Source of the DNA: Macrostomum lignano
Taxonomy: Eukaryota
DNA: 46,845 bases
Assembly: GCA_002269645.1 (NCBI GenBank)
Contig: NIVC01004410.1
Coordinates: 1-46,845 of the forward strand
Direction: 5' to 3'
Notes under the pieces: generated by a model
The model's database searches: none
Told to the model about the DNA's origin: nothing
Seen by the model: only the letters and a program-made list of their open reading frames with translations
Position numbers and translations under genes: made by a program
Shown: positions 21,415-34,412 of the stretch, in pieces
How positions within the stretch are numbered: position 1 is the first letter of the stretch
Layout: each line of letters begins with the position of its first letter

Positions 21415-24400
21415 ATGGACGGTGGCGAAGAAAGCGTTGAACTCGAAGGACTTATTAGCCTTCTTTTCCATATATTTAAAGACGACATTGAAGGACTAAT
21501 TGACATTGGCAATATTGTGGCTGTGTACGAAAATCATATTAAAAATGGTGAGTGCCTCAATACTAAACTTTGAAAACCTGTAAAAAGTGTAATTCATCTA
21601 ATCGATAAATTTATTGAAATTTGACAATAATTATCGTTACTCAGCAATGTCTGCTCCTGATCGAATTTCCACCCAATGCAGCTCATCCCACTCAAGGAAT
21701 TACCATGAATCGGCCCAGCAGTTGGTCCGAATTGCTGCAGGTTGTCGGCCAATTGCCAATCGAAGACGCATTCAGCCAGCTTCTGCGCTGCATCACAAGC
21801 TGTAAGTGCTGTCATGCTGAGCTGTACATGCGAGAAAGCATAATGAATGCCAACTCATCTCCCTGTGAACCCACGCAACAGCAGCACAGGAGAACTTGCT
21901 GCACATTCTGCACCTGGACAATCGGCGGGATCTGCCGCGTCTTCATCGGCTGCAGTTGTCAGTGCCGGCCAGCCTTCCCGCAGCACTGCAGAGAGACGTC
22001 TTCGCCCAGTCACTGCAGGACTTCAGCAAGTCTTCTGAAGATCTTGACGGCGACGGGAGTGCAGCACGTGAGCTGAGCTGAGATGCTGTGCTGCTGAGTG
22101 GGCTGCTCAGATTCTGAGTTATTGGGGCTGCTCAGTTGCTGAGTTATTGGGCTGCTCAGATGCTGAGATATTGGGCTGCTCAGTTGCTGAGTTATTGGGC
22201 TCCTCAGTTGCTGAGTTATTGGGCTGCTCAGTTGCTGAGTTATTGGGCTGCTCAGATGCTGAGATATTGGGGCTGCTCAGTTGCTGAGTTATTGGGGCTG
22301 CTCAGTTGCTGATTTATTGGGCTGCTCAGATTCTGAGTTATTGGGGCTGCTCAGATGCTGGGTTATTGGGCTGCTCAGTTGCTGAGTGGGCTGCTCAGTT
22401 GCTGAGTTATTGGGCTGCTCAGTTGCTGAGTTGTTGGGGCTGCTCAGTTGCTGAGTTATTGGGCTGCTCAGATGCTGAGTTGTTGGGCTGCTCAGATGCT
22501 GAGTCATTGGGCTGCTCAGATGCTGAGTTATTGGGCTGCTCAGTTGCTGAGGTATTGGGGTGCTCAGTTGCTGAGTTATTGGGCTCCTCAGTTGCTGAGT
22601 TATTGAGCTGCTCAGTTGCTGAGTCATTGGGGCTGCTCAGTTGCTGAGTTGTTGGGGCTGCTCAGTTGCTGAGTTGTTGGGGCTGCTCAGTTGCTGAGGT
22701 ATTGGGGTGCTCAGTTGATGAGGTATTGGGGTGCTCAGTTGCTGAGGTATTAGAATGCTCAGATGCAGAGTTGCTGATTTGCTGAGCTTCTGTGTTACTG
22801 AGGTGCTTTCATTTATCTTTCTGATTCCTGTCACATGACCATGATCACATGACCCCATCTCCAGATCCCTTATCAGATACCCCCTCATGTCGCCTCAACC
22901 CGCAGACGTCCATCGCGTGCTTCGCCAGCTCATCGATTGCGCACCTCACGACTGGTTTGAGCACCTCATCCTCGCTGCGATCGCTGACCTCGAGAGCTCA
23001 GTCGATCTGCTCAACATCATTGCACCGTTCGGCCAAAACTTCGAGTCAGGTGAGAGACCAGATTATTGTATCAGAAATAGCTGGTTGAATCACAGAGCAA
23101 AAGCAGCTGGAAGACTCCACCTTTGCTGAGATTGGGAACTCAAGGATGATCAATCTCAGTCTCAATGCATCGCCACCCATTCATTTCAGAGCTCCCGGCG
23201 CTTCAGCCCAAGCTCTACAACACGGTGTCGAGTCCAGAGTTCGAGGAGGCCAAAAAGTCGGTCGTCGACCAATCGAACCGGTGGTTCGATCTCAACGGAC
23301 TGAAGTTCGACTCTGACACTTACAAGCTTGAGCGAATAGCCAATCAGCAGCCTCCATCGCCGCCTGGGTCTCAGCCGTCTGGCAACAACGAGCTCGTCGG
23401 CCGGCAGCTCCGCGACTACCAGCTGGAGTTGGCAGAGCCGGCCCTGTTAGGTCGCAACTCGATAGTGATCGCGCCCACTGGCTCTGGGAAGACTCTGGTA
23501 GCCGTGTACGTCGCTCTGCAGCTGCTCAAGGCCGAGCCCCAAGCGAAGGTCAGTGCTGAAAGCAATAAATTTATCATACCACACAACATAATGGCAGTGG
23601 GAATAAAATGGAGACAGCGGAGTTCACAATTGCCGTCAGCGCTGGTTTACAAGACGATGTCGCCGATTGCTTTGCACCAGTGTGCCAAGTGCCATGTTTC
23701 ATGTTAAATGTTTGAACATTTGCCCCATTTTCAAACGCCATAATATCTTAGGTGGCACTTCTGGCATCCACTAATCAGCTGGTTCAGCAGCAATACGACA
23801 AGTTCAGGTCCGCCCTGCCCTCACCTTGGCGGGACAGAGTTGACCTAATTCTGGGAGGCAAAGACAACAAGAATCGAAAGCCATTCGCCCTGTCTATGAA
23901 GAAAAACTCCATCCTGGTCATTAGCACCCAAATTCTATTAAACGAGCTTGATAGAAAAACAGTTGCGAACATTTCCGATTTCCGCCTCATCATATTCGAC
24001 GAATGCCACAATTGTGCAAAGAGCCACGCCAGTATGAAAGTGATGATGCACTACCTGCGACTGAAGAGAGATCTGGAACAAGAGAATCAATCGGGAAGAT
24101 TCTTGCCGCGGATTCTTGGGCTAACGGCCAGTCCAGGTAAAATGCTAGAAAGGCATGAATTATTAAATTCTTGTTTTTAAGCTATTTCACGTCTAACGAT
24201 GCCTGATCTGTTCATTGTGTCTGATCTGTAAGGACACTCAATGTCCATTGTGTCTGATCTGTAGGGACACTACTGTCCATTGTGTCTGATCTGTAAGGAC
24301 ACTACTGTCTATTGCGTCTGATCTGTAAGGACACTCAATGTCCATTGTGTCTGATCTGTACGGACACTACTGTCCATTGTGTCTGATCTGTAAGGACACT

Positions 24401-27400
24401 ACTGTCTATTGTGTCTGATCTGTAAGAACACAACTGTCCATTGTGTCTGATCTGTAAGAACACAACTGTCCATTGTGTCTGATCTGTAAGAACACTACTG
24501 TCCATTGTGTCTGATCTGTAGGGACACAACTGTCCATTGTGTCTGATCTGTAAGGACACAACTGTCCATTGTGTCTGATCTGTAAGAACACAACTGTCCA
24601 TTGTGTCTGATCTGTAAGAACACTACTGTCCATTGTGTCTGATCTGTAGGGACACAACTGTCCATTGTGTCTGATCTGTAAGGACACAACTGTCCATTGT
24701 GTCTGATCTGTAAGGACACTACTGTCTATTGTGTCTGATCTGTAAGGACACTCAATTTCCATTGTGTCTGATCTGTAAGAACACAACTGTCCATTGTGTC
24801 TGATCTGTAAGAACACAACTGTCCATTGTGTCTGATCTGTAAGAACACAACTGTCCATTGTGTCTGATCTGTAAGGACACTACTGTCTATTGCGTCTGAT
24901 CTGTAAGGACACTACTGTCTATTGCGTCTGATCTGTAAGGACACTCAATGTCCATTGTGTCTCATCTGTAAGGACGCTACTGCCAGTGGACAAAACGCCA
25001 ATTAAACACCCAAAACATTCAAACGTCCAAAAAACCTGCACCTCAAGGCACCGGCAAAGCCAAGGGACCAGAGGATGCCAAGGAGCATCTTGTTCAACTG
25101 TGCGCCAATCTTGACTGCCCCTACCCTGTCACTGTGCAGCGCTATCTTCAGTCACTATTTAAATTTAACTCAGATCAAGACTGTCAAATCCTCTCGGTAC
25201 CTGCTAAACAGAGCTCGGAAGACGTATTCATTAAATTTTTAAACGAGCTGATGGACCTTGGGGAGAAGCTGCTATATAGCAATCGGAGCTCGCTGCTAAA
25301 CTCAGAGCCGGAAGCCCTCCAGATTGCATCAGCGCCGCCAAGAGGCACTCCAACTTACACAAACTACTGCTCCGATGTTAAGTACAAAATTCACCAAGTG
25401 GCAGACGAAGAGATGGGCAAAGATCTGTTCGCCTGTAGTCGTTATCTGGACACATTCAATCAAGCGTATATGATTGCGCAGTTCTACAATCCCCGAGGTG
25501 CGTGGCGCTACATCAAGAAAGAACTTCGAGCTGTGGACGAACTGGCTAAGCCCCCAGTCTGCGAGGCGGAGAGTCAACTGCGGCAGCGACTGCATAGCCT
25601 GATCGGGCCGCTAGAAAGATTCTGCGACACCAAAGAAGCTTCGGTAAGTTTGTTATTGAGTGCATTTAGCCAAATGCAACGTTCCATTATTTTGATGACT
25701 GGTTTATCGCTTGCAGTCGAGTCCTCCGCTGGACAAATTCGTGGAAATCCTTCGCAACCAGTTCAACTCGCAAGCCGACTCGCGAGCGATTGTTTTCGTA
25801 CAACGGAAAATCTACGCTCAGGTGATTACTGAGTTCTTAAACGAGCAACTACCGCATCTACCGGCTGCCTATGTGACTGGCGCAACTTCAAGCGACGCTT
25901 CCGGAGGCACTAATGCTTCTGAGCAGCAGGCTCGCATTGAGGGCTTCCGGCAAGGCGACTACAAAGTGATTGCTTGCACCAGTATGGCGGAAGAAGGCCT
26001 AGACATACCGGACTGCAACCTGGTGGTGCGCTACTGTCACGTGACAAACGAAATCGCCATGGTGCAGACCAAAGGCCGGTGCCGGGCCAAAAACAGCGCC
26101 TATTACGTGATTGTAGCTGAGACACAGGAGGCGCTGCGTCACAAGGAACGCGAAAATGAGCTGCGCGATGCAATGATGCAGCAATCAGTGGCGTGCGTTA
26201 CTGATTTAACGACTGAAGAGTTGGTAGTCAAGGTGAGAATCTTTCAGTTTTTTGTCGACAGTTTCAATCGCTGTGTTGACTTAAGGACAACTTTGTTTTT
26301 CTCTGTGCTGTGCCTCTTCGAGAGTTATAGCCAGGGACTACTATAACATCGAGACGGGAAACTAGGCAAATCATGGCAAAGTTTTTACGAGGCTGGTTTG
26401 CGAGGTTTACGAGGATCTTTGAGTAGTCCCTGGTTTTATAGCCTAGTGAGGACTCATGACTAGAAGGTCGGGTTTTCGAATCTCTACCCACTCGGAACAA
26501 TTCGTGACAAAGATACTTAACTTTACATTTTTTTAGTTTACCCAGCTAGCTGTAAAGTGGATGCCAGCATTAGCTGGGGTAATTGAGGGTGGGTGGCGAC
26601 CCCCCAGTCCTTTGACTGAACAGCCGTACGCAGCCTTCAGATGCGCCGCGCAATAGCTGCGGCTGAGCTGTCGGTTGCACATCTGGTCATTAGGGCAGGT
26701 GTAATCAATTATAGACGATTAAAGTTATGAATTCTCTTCTCTGATTCTCTTCTTTACGAGTTCTTGTGCATTATTAATGTTGGGTGTGGCCATAGACGAT
26801 TCAGTTGCACACACACCCATGCAGCCATGAGCTAAAGAAGCAATGCTTCAAGCTGGGAAAATAAAAAAGAAGGTTACGATAACATGAAATAAGACGCTCG
26901 GTTAAGAGAGCAAATACTTAAGAGGTCTTGGCTCACTGTCTTCCGCTAGAGAAGAAGTCATAAGAATTAGATTTGTTAAAATTCTTTTAGCCTTCTATAA
27001 GCTTTATACGCTACTGCTATAAGCTTTCAATTGCAGATGCTGGATTACCAGGAAAAGGCGCTGAAAGACGAAGAGGAAAAACGTGCTAATAATAGCACAC
27101 CTATCGGAAGTGACGTCATCATTGATAGCGACCACGAAATTCTGTGCCGCAAGTGTGAAAAAAAACTGTCGGATTCGACTCGGCTTCGATTGATTTGCGG
27201 AATCCATCGCGTCGTCCTGGATGCCGACATGTTCATTGGAGGTCAACGCATTGTTGGTCAACATGGAGGCGAGATCAAAAAGGTTCCCGGAATGGATATG
27301 ATTGGTGTGGATTTGCTGTGCGGCTACTGCAGCTACGGACCTGTGGCTAAAATTGCTCGCTACAAAGGCCAATTTTTCCCTTTGTTGGACCCGGAATGCG

Positions 27401-28195
27401 TCTGTTTTCGCCGATTGAATGACAAGGTAAGACTTCTATAGTTGGTATTGAAATTCTGTTCATTTAGAACGCAAATGAAATAAAATATGTAAATACTGAG
27501 CCTGTAAGAACATGTACGGTCATGTCAAGGCTTACGGGGAGAATTGCTGAGATGTCAAGGCTGATGGGGAGAATTGCTGAGATGTCAAGGCTTACGGGGA
27601 GAATTGCTGAGATGTCAAGGCTTACGGGGAGAATTGCTGAGATGTCAAGGCTTACGGGGAGAATTGCTGAGATGTCAAGGCTTACGGGGAGAATTGCTGA
27701 GATGTCAAGGCTTACGGGGAGAATTGCTGAGATGTCAAGGATGAGAGGTCAGAAGCTACATGTGGTTTATTCAAAAAATGATTCTATTTTTTGTTGCCTT
27801 TTTAAAGGGGGCGCTGATTGCTAGCAGTCACTATCGGCCCTAAAAGACGGCCTCAGCATTTCAATAATTTACCCCCATATGAGCCTTGACATCCGAGCAA
27901 TCCCCCATAAGCTATTGACATCTCAGCAATGAAACAATGCAGCAGTGAAAGTGTAAAAGCCTAACGAATTACCTCGGAAGGAATCGATCATGGCCGGAAG
28001 ATAATGGATCGCAACACCTTTCCTCATTTACTTTAGAAATTGGAAAAACAGGTGAGAAAGTGGAAACATACAAAATCCTTCCTTCGCGATGTTGCTGAGC
28101 TGAGCAGTGACGATAGAGACTACTGGCGTCGGGCAGTTCCGCGTCTGCCCAGACAGTACCGAGCTGCGGCAGTTCGAGGCGGAGCGCATCGTTAA
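21415..28195 (+). CDS. RIG-I-like receptor B; exons 21415-21547, 21682-21801, 21882-22067, 22906-23049, 23190-23548, 23752-24136, 25048-25643, 25717-26232, 27037-27426, 28037-28195 (995 aa)
   Basis: Same motifs (APTGSGKT, DECH, GLTASPG, TSMAEEGLDIPDCNLVVRY, QTKGRCRA; CTD CRKC/CGYC, RKWK); same intron positions and phases as RLR-A (1,1,1,1,0,1,0,0,0); total 2988 nt. Confidence 0.9.
22085..22790. repeat. 24-25-bp minisatellite in RLR-B intron 3 (inverted, shorter counterpart of 15905-17010)
   Basis: Unit TTATTGGGCTGCTCAGTTGCTGAG. Confidence 0.95.
24215..24980. repeat. 32-bp minisatellite in RLR-B intron 6
   Basis: Unit TGTCCATTGTGTCTGATCTGTAAGGACACAAC, ~24 copies. Confidence 0.95.
26430..26500 (+). 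mobile_element. Possible decayed tRNA-derived SINE head in RLR-B intron 8
   Basis: A-box-like TAGCCTAGTG and B-box-like GGTTTTCGAATC about 30 bp apart; no clean cloverleaf. Confidence 0.25.
27522..27740. repeat. 30-bp minisatellite in RLR-B intron 9, with degenerate inverted copies at ~27855-27930
   Basis: Unit ATGTCAAGGCTTACGGGGAGAATTGCTGAG x7; GAGCCTTGACAT and TTGACATCTCAGCAAT occur downstream. Confidence 0.85.
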
Positions 28196-28764
28196 TGTGA
28201 TCAACTATTTTTGCACTTGGTGGGACTGGGTCCTCATTTTTTAAATATTGTGGACATGATGCTACTTTGGTCAGCTACTACTTACAGACTAGTAATATAT
28301 ATTGGTTCATATTGTTCGCAACGTGCTGCATCGGTGAGCAAAATTTATCCTCTAAACTGCAACCGTATGGACTGATTCGTCGTATAAATTACTAAACAAT
28401 GTAACGACCCTAAGAACAAGCACAGAATATTCAGAAACAATTGTTTAATGATAATATACCTTCTTTATTATGCATGTAATAACCGAAAATATATGTCGTT
28501 CATGGATTTACTGCTAAGCCAAATGTTACGGTGGCAGCTGATAACGAGTCATGTCATGTTACGAACGTATGATATAATATTTTGAAAAATGGGAACTTTG
28601 AAAAAACGATGCATCGAAATTGGTTATGAATCTGTATAATTTTAGTAGTAATAAATAATATAAGTAGATCTGCTATTATTGTCCATTTAAGCAACATACC
28701 AGGTAGCAAAGTCTGTAATCAGTTACAGTAAATAATTAAGTCATGCACGGCTATTCCAACCCTG

Positions 28765-29480
28765 TCTATAGTCACCAATCAATCATAGAACACCCTGAGC
28801 ATGTCTACAGTCAGCAATCAATCATAGAACACCCTGAGCATGTCTACAGTCACCAATCAGTCATAGAGATCCTTGAGCATGTCTACAGTCACCAATCAGT
28901 CATAGAGATCCTTGAGCATGTCTACAGTCACTAATCAGTCATAGAACACCCTGAGCATGTCTACAGTCAGAAATCAGTCATAGAGATCCTTGAGCATGTC
29001 TACAGTCACCAATCAGTCATAGAACACCTTGAGCATGTCTACAGTCAGCAATCAATCATAGAACACCTTGAGCATGTCTACAGTCACCAATCAGTCATAG
29101 AACACCTTGAGCATGTCTACAGTCACCAATGAATCATAGAACACCTTGAGCATGTCTATAGTCACCAATGAATCATAGAACACCTTGAGAATGTCTACAG
29201 TCACCAATGAATCATAGAACACCTTGAGCATGTCTATAGTCACCAATGAATCATAGAACACCTTGAGCATGTCTACAGCCACCAATCAGTCATAGAACAC
29301 CTTGAGCATGTCTACAGTCAGAAATCAGTCATAGAACACCTTGAGCATGTCTACAGCCACCAATCAGTCATAGAGCACCCTGAGCATGTCTACAGCCACC
29401 AATCAGTCATAGAACACCTTGAGCATGTCTACAGTCACCAATCAGTCATAGAACACCTTGAGTATGTCTACAGTCAGTAA
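28765..29480. repeat. 39-bp minisatellite between the convergent RLR-B and GPCR 3' ends
   Basis: Unit GAGCATGTCTACAGTCACCAATCAGTCATAGAACACCTT, ~18 copies. Confidence 0.95.
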
Positions 29481-29563
29481 TCGGTAATTTGAGCCAGTCT
29501 ACTTTTTTCCATCGGCAATTCATCTCGTGTCGCCTGGAATTTAACAAGAGACAGAAGCTCGAA

Positions 29564-32500
29564 TCAAACTCGCCTCATCAGAAACGGCTCCCTGGCAGCA
29601 GACGTCAGCCCGTGGCATCGCTGATCTTGCTCGGGTGACAGCTCCACTACAGACAGCCGCGTCTGAGCAACCGGCAGCTGCTTTCTTTGCTTCATCAGTC
29701 TGCTGCTGGTTACCAGGCTCTGCTTCATACTGGCCAGAATTGCTTTTAGGTGTCTACGAAAAGTGGCCTGACTGATGAATTGAACAATGGGCCGAGCTGA
29801 CAGCCAGGTCAGCAGCAGCAGATAGACTACAGAATCTACGGTGAAGAACAGATCCTGAAATCGATTGGTTGGTGATTGTTTAGAATCCAAACATTTACTG
29901 TAAGATCTGCTGGTTCGACAACTGGGGGAGCCGGTATGAAGAGGCGATAGGAAAGATACTGCGAGAGACAGGAGAGACGACAGGGGAGAACATGTAGGCA
30001 ACTGGAGAGAACAGGGAGATAGGAAGTAAGTGTAGTCCAATAGAAAATGTTGACGCGTTCTCGATATTGAATGCGAATATGCGAATGGGAGTGGATCCCT
30101 GGTTCAACTGCCGCGGTCACATTCGTTTGGACTTTTGTACACGAGAATTTGCCGGTTTGAATCGTTTTTGTGCGATTCAAAACCCATGAAGACCAAACCG
30201 CAAGGCACAAGTAGTGTACATGCATAACTATAAGAAATTTGAAAAAAGGTACAGTATGGGAGCGCTTGTGTGTTCTCAGGAGTCTGCGGAATGGCCAGAA
30301 TCATCTCAGCGCTGGTTGTGAAAACGATGTCGATGAAGTCGTTGCGCCAGAGTTCCCCACAGCTGTTTTTATTTTTATACTACACAGAATCGAATATAGG
30401 ATGCATCTTTGGTGCCACCCTCCCCCCCCCCCACCACAAACCTGTCTGTTCTTCCTATCCAGAAAGCTCGCATGCGACTGCGTGCCCAGCAGGGAGCGCA
30501 GGCTCTGCGGCACGAAGATGTGCTCCTGCATCATGTGGCTGGCGCTGCTCACAAACTTAGTAAAGGTAAAAATCGACGTAGGTGCGTTGAACAGCAGCTC
30601 GAGACCGACGGTGATCAGACTGGCTCGGCGAATCTCGACGAAGGCGTCGACATCGATTAACACGACTTGGCCGATGCTCTCTGGCTGCAGCCACTGGAGC
30701 TGCCCAGTTCGGCACAGCTGCAGCAGCCTCAGGCCGCACAGAACCGGCACAACCATTGGCAGAAAGTCGCCAATCATCAGATCAATCAGTGGCCAGATCA
30801 CCGCTTTGTACCGAATCTCAACCCACTTGTCGGAGAAGCCACAGTGGTAGCCTCGGTTGGTTTCGCCCGGATTGTCCAGCCGGGTCAGGGAGAAAGTCCA
30901 CAGGAACTGGCAGTTCAAGCTCATCAGTATGGCGCAGAACAGGACGAAGCAGTTGAAAACTCGCTCCCGGTTGTACTTGGGATAGAACTTGTCCAGCCGC
31001 TGGTACAGCAGCAGAGTGTCGATGGCGATCGCCAGGAAGCACAGCTGCCTCATGTGCGCAGCCAGGCTGTACACCATCGGGTAGACTTGACAGCAGGTCT
31101 CGCAAGCGAACAGCAGCATGAAGTTGACGTCCACCCGGGCAACCGAGCGGAGCCAGAGATCGCCTGCGCTGATCAGGATTAGCACCGAGTCCAGGCCGGC
31201 CACAGCGCTAGAGAAGTAGCACAGCGGTAGGAAATTGCGACCCATCCTGGTGAGCGTGGCCGCGGCCAACAAATTGCCCGCTCCTCCTAGAAGAAGAAAA
31301 ACCGGCAGCAAGAAAGCGATGACCTGACGCCACTTGTCCGGCAGGTCTGGTCGGCCTCGGTAGACGGTGCACTCTGGCAGCAGCTGACGCTCTTCGCCAG
31401 CCGGATGCGCCTCCGACTCGGTGTCCGGGTCGTGCGGCGGCGTCAGTTCTGGCCGGACCGTCTGCGGCATGTTGACAGTTCCGTTGCCTAGCAACGAGTT
31501 GAAGAATTTCCGCTGCAGATCGCCGGATCCTTTCTGAACGTCGATCGCTCCGTAGCATTCGGAGACTGTTGAAGATAAAAATCAAGTTGAAGACGTTGAA
31601 GTAGTTTTTTTCGATGCACTATAATATTTCAAGCGTCTTGAAATGATGCTTAAGATAGGAAAAAAGGCACACCTGAAATAGCAGTAATTCCCTATCACTA
31701 TCTTGAATAAATATATCATAAGTAATGGTATATTTCACTGGGCTTGGGCTGTGTAAACTCGGAATTTATAGTGTGCACAATCCGGGTCTCTTGGCAGATA
31801 TCTTGTAAACAATATAGATATACGATATCTTTCTCTATAATCCAATCCATCTGTGTAGGCTTGACGAACAGGAACTGTTCCTTCAAGATTTATGAGCCTA
31901 TAGAATCATTAAGGCACAAAAATATGGAATGCATAAGTATATGACTAAGAATTCCAGAAGGATTATAATTCTTACGACAAAGAGTTCACTTAAGTAGTAT
32001 AGTAATCTTCGGTTGCTCAATATTTGGCGTCTTTCAATCGCAATGTTCTGTTGCACAACAGTGGCATCTGATCTATAGTCTATGGCAGTCTTCTGTTGCA
32101 CAAAATTCGGTATTGTCTATGGCCTACATGATAATCTTCTGTAGAACAACATGTGGAATTGTCTATGATCTTTGGTACTCTTCTGTTAAATAACGTGGTA
32201 TTGTCTATGGTCCTATGGGAACTGTCTGTTGTAGAACATGTGACATTGTCTATGGTCTATGGTAATTGTCTGTTGTAGAACATGTTGCATTGTCTATGGT
32301 CTATGATAATTGTCTGTTGTAGAACATCGAACATGTGGCATTATCTATGGTCTATGGTAAATTGTCTGTTGAACAACATGTGGCATTGTCTATGGTCTAT
32401 GGTAAATTGTCCGTTGAACAACATGTGGCATTGTCTATGGTCTATGGTAAATTGTCCGTTGAACAACATGTGGCATTGTCTATGGTCTATGGTAAATTGT

Positions 32501-33071
32501 CCGTTGAACAACATGTTCTATGGTAATTTTAGGTTGTTTAGCATGTAGCATTGTCTATAGCGGCCTATGGCAATCTACCATTGTTTATATTAGATATCAC
32601 TTGTCATGACATGACCAGATAGCCAGCAATAAAAGTCCAACAGGAAATCTTACAGTCCATATTCTCGAAGAAATCGGCGCCTAGTCCAAGTTTCTTGAGA
32701 TTTTCTTCAACCTTGGCTCCGCCCTTGAAACTGTTGCTTTTGTCTCCAGCGTGGGTGTCAATCCAGTACAAGCAGGAGTAGCGAGTCATCCTGTTACTGC
32801 AGAACCGGGTCACATCGTGATCGAAGCATCCGTGTCGAAGTATTTTAAAGATGCTCACATTGGGAAATTGTCTGGCTCGGCCGTCAATCTCCAGATCCGG
32901 CGGGAAATTCGAGTGCTCCGTGTCCCAGCTGCCCAACTCATTGACAGATCGACGGCTAACAACAGTTTCTGTGCTTCTCATCTTCCTCTCGGCTTTAGTT
33001 TCTATGGCGACGCCGAGCACGATTTGAACCAGCAGCAACAGGCAGCTCCATCTAATCAACAATCGAGGCAT
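29564..33071 (-). CDS. Rhodopsin-family (class A, peptide-receptor-like) GPCR with signal peptide and ~200-aa ectodomain; exons 33071-32654, 31565-30442, 29854-29564 (610 aa)
   Basis: Signal peptide MPRLLIRWSCLLLLVQIVLGVA; TM1 GGAGN, TM2 AGLD, TM3 CQVYP..AIAID, TM4 SLNCQFLW, ECL2 Cys, TM5 WPLID..FLP, TM6 LFNAP, TM7 RPIVQFISQATFR; phases 1 and 0 join in frame (1833 nt). Confidence 0.8.
32110..32560. repeat. 45-bp minisatellite in GPCR intron 1
   Basis: Unit CATGTGGCATTGTCTATGGTCTATGGTAAATTGTCCGTTGAACAA; 15-aa period in ORFs. Confidence 0.85.
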
Positions 33072-33957
33072 TAGTCTGATTATTCGACAGGAAAAAAGTA
33101 TACTATATCTTCGAAGCGCAGAGAGACAGAGAGAGAGAGAAGAATTGGAGAAATGGAGTTATTAGCAGCTGCACTGTTTGGCTCGCGAGCTTAGCCGAGT
33201 AGAGGAAGTCCACTGTCAAGAGCTGGAATAATGTTGTCCCAGGGGCAGATTAAATTTTGGACTGGCGGTTGCAGTGAGGGGTTGCTGGTGCGGAGCAGCG
33301 CCAGAGAGGGCTGTTGGTGAAAAAAGGGTCAGCCAGTCAGGGGGGGGGGAGCTCAATGGGATTTGCCTGTCCCGCTGCTGGTCGAGTAAAGTATTGGAGG
33401 GGGAGGAACTTGTGTGTCTGAGCTCAGTCGCGCACACACACATACACAGAGAGAGGGAGAGTCACACACTCTCTGTAAAAACCAAGCAAGTATCCAAGGT
33501 CATAATTAAATTCCGAGCATAAAACTGGAGGACAAGAGGATAAATTATTAATGAGATTTGCACATCTATACGAAAATCTGAAATTTCTAAGAAATCTACC
33601 AGGTTTAAAATATGAAACTTGAACGCTTATCAACGTTTCCGAAAAAAGGCAATGAGACATTTAAGTCTCCGGTGTGTCGCTCCCGGCTCCTACGACTGAA
33701 GTGAGCTATGAGTGTTTTAAATCGATTATGTGGCTAAACTGGTAGTCAAAATTCTCTTCTAGCAATAGAACTAGCAATAGAACTAGCAATAGCAATAGCA
33801 ATTGGGCCAATTCAGATGTCTCTGAACTCGCTATTGTTGGCTTTGTTGGACTGCTCGTCTTATTTTCATTTTCAAATAGCTATGAAACATTCATTTCCAT
33901 TCTAGTTACCAGAAGTGGTATTTGTGATCCAGTACTCTGCGAACAGCTTTGGTTACC

Positions 33958-34412
33958 TGTTGTCTCCCCTGTTGTCTCCCCTGATGTCTCCCCTGTTGTC
34001 TCCCCTGTTGTCTCCCCTGTTGTCTCCCCTGTTGTCTCCCCTGTTGTCTTCCCTGATGTCTCCCCTGATGTCTTCCCTGATGTCTCCCCTGTTGTCTCCC
34101 CTGTTGTCTCCCTTGTTGTCTTCCCTGTTGTCTCCCCTGTTGTCTCCCTTGTTGTCTCCCCTGTTGTATCCCCTGTTGTCTCCCTTGTTGTCTCCCTTGT
34201 TGTCTCCCCTGTTGTCTCCCCTGTTGTCTCCCTTGTTGTCTTCCCTGTTGTCTCCCCTGTTGTCTCCCTTGTTGTCTCCCCTGTTGTATCCCCTGTTGTC
34301 TCCCTTGTTGTCTCCCTTGTTGTCTCCCCTGTTGTCTCCCCTGTTGTCTCCATTGTTGTCTCCCCTGTTGTCTCCCCTGTTGTCATCCCTGTTGTTTCCC
34401 CTGTTGTCTCCC
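33958..34412. repeat. 12-bp tandem repeat (TGTCTCCCCTGT)
   Basis: Direct periodicity. Confidence 0.95.

Larger units (their letters stand above)
21120..23548. repeat. Right arm of the inverted segmental repeat (partner 15175-17994)
   Basis: Reverse complement of the left arm. Confidence 0.95.

Noticed and set aside
21647-22038. Overlapping upstream ORF MSAPDRIS... that might throttle RLR translation
   Set aside because: Its ATG lies in intron 1 under the preferred acceptor at 21681; relevant only if the alternative acceptor at 21644 is used, which would give a truncated product
21621-22076. Cys-rich 151-aa ORF (and mirror 17029..17490) as a zinc-binding domain
   Set aside because: It reads through intron 2 and then the wrong frame of exon 3; the spliced model gives CARD-like helices with consistent phases
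22861-22905. 2-nt indel between arms that might frameshift RLR-B
   Set aside because: It lies upstream of the CCCGCAG acceptor (22905) shared by both copies, so it is intronic
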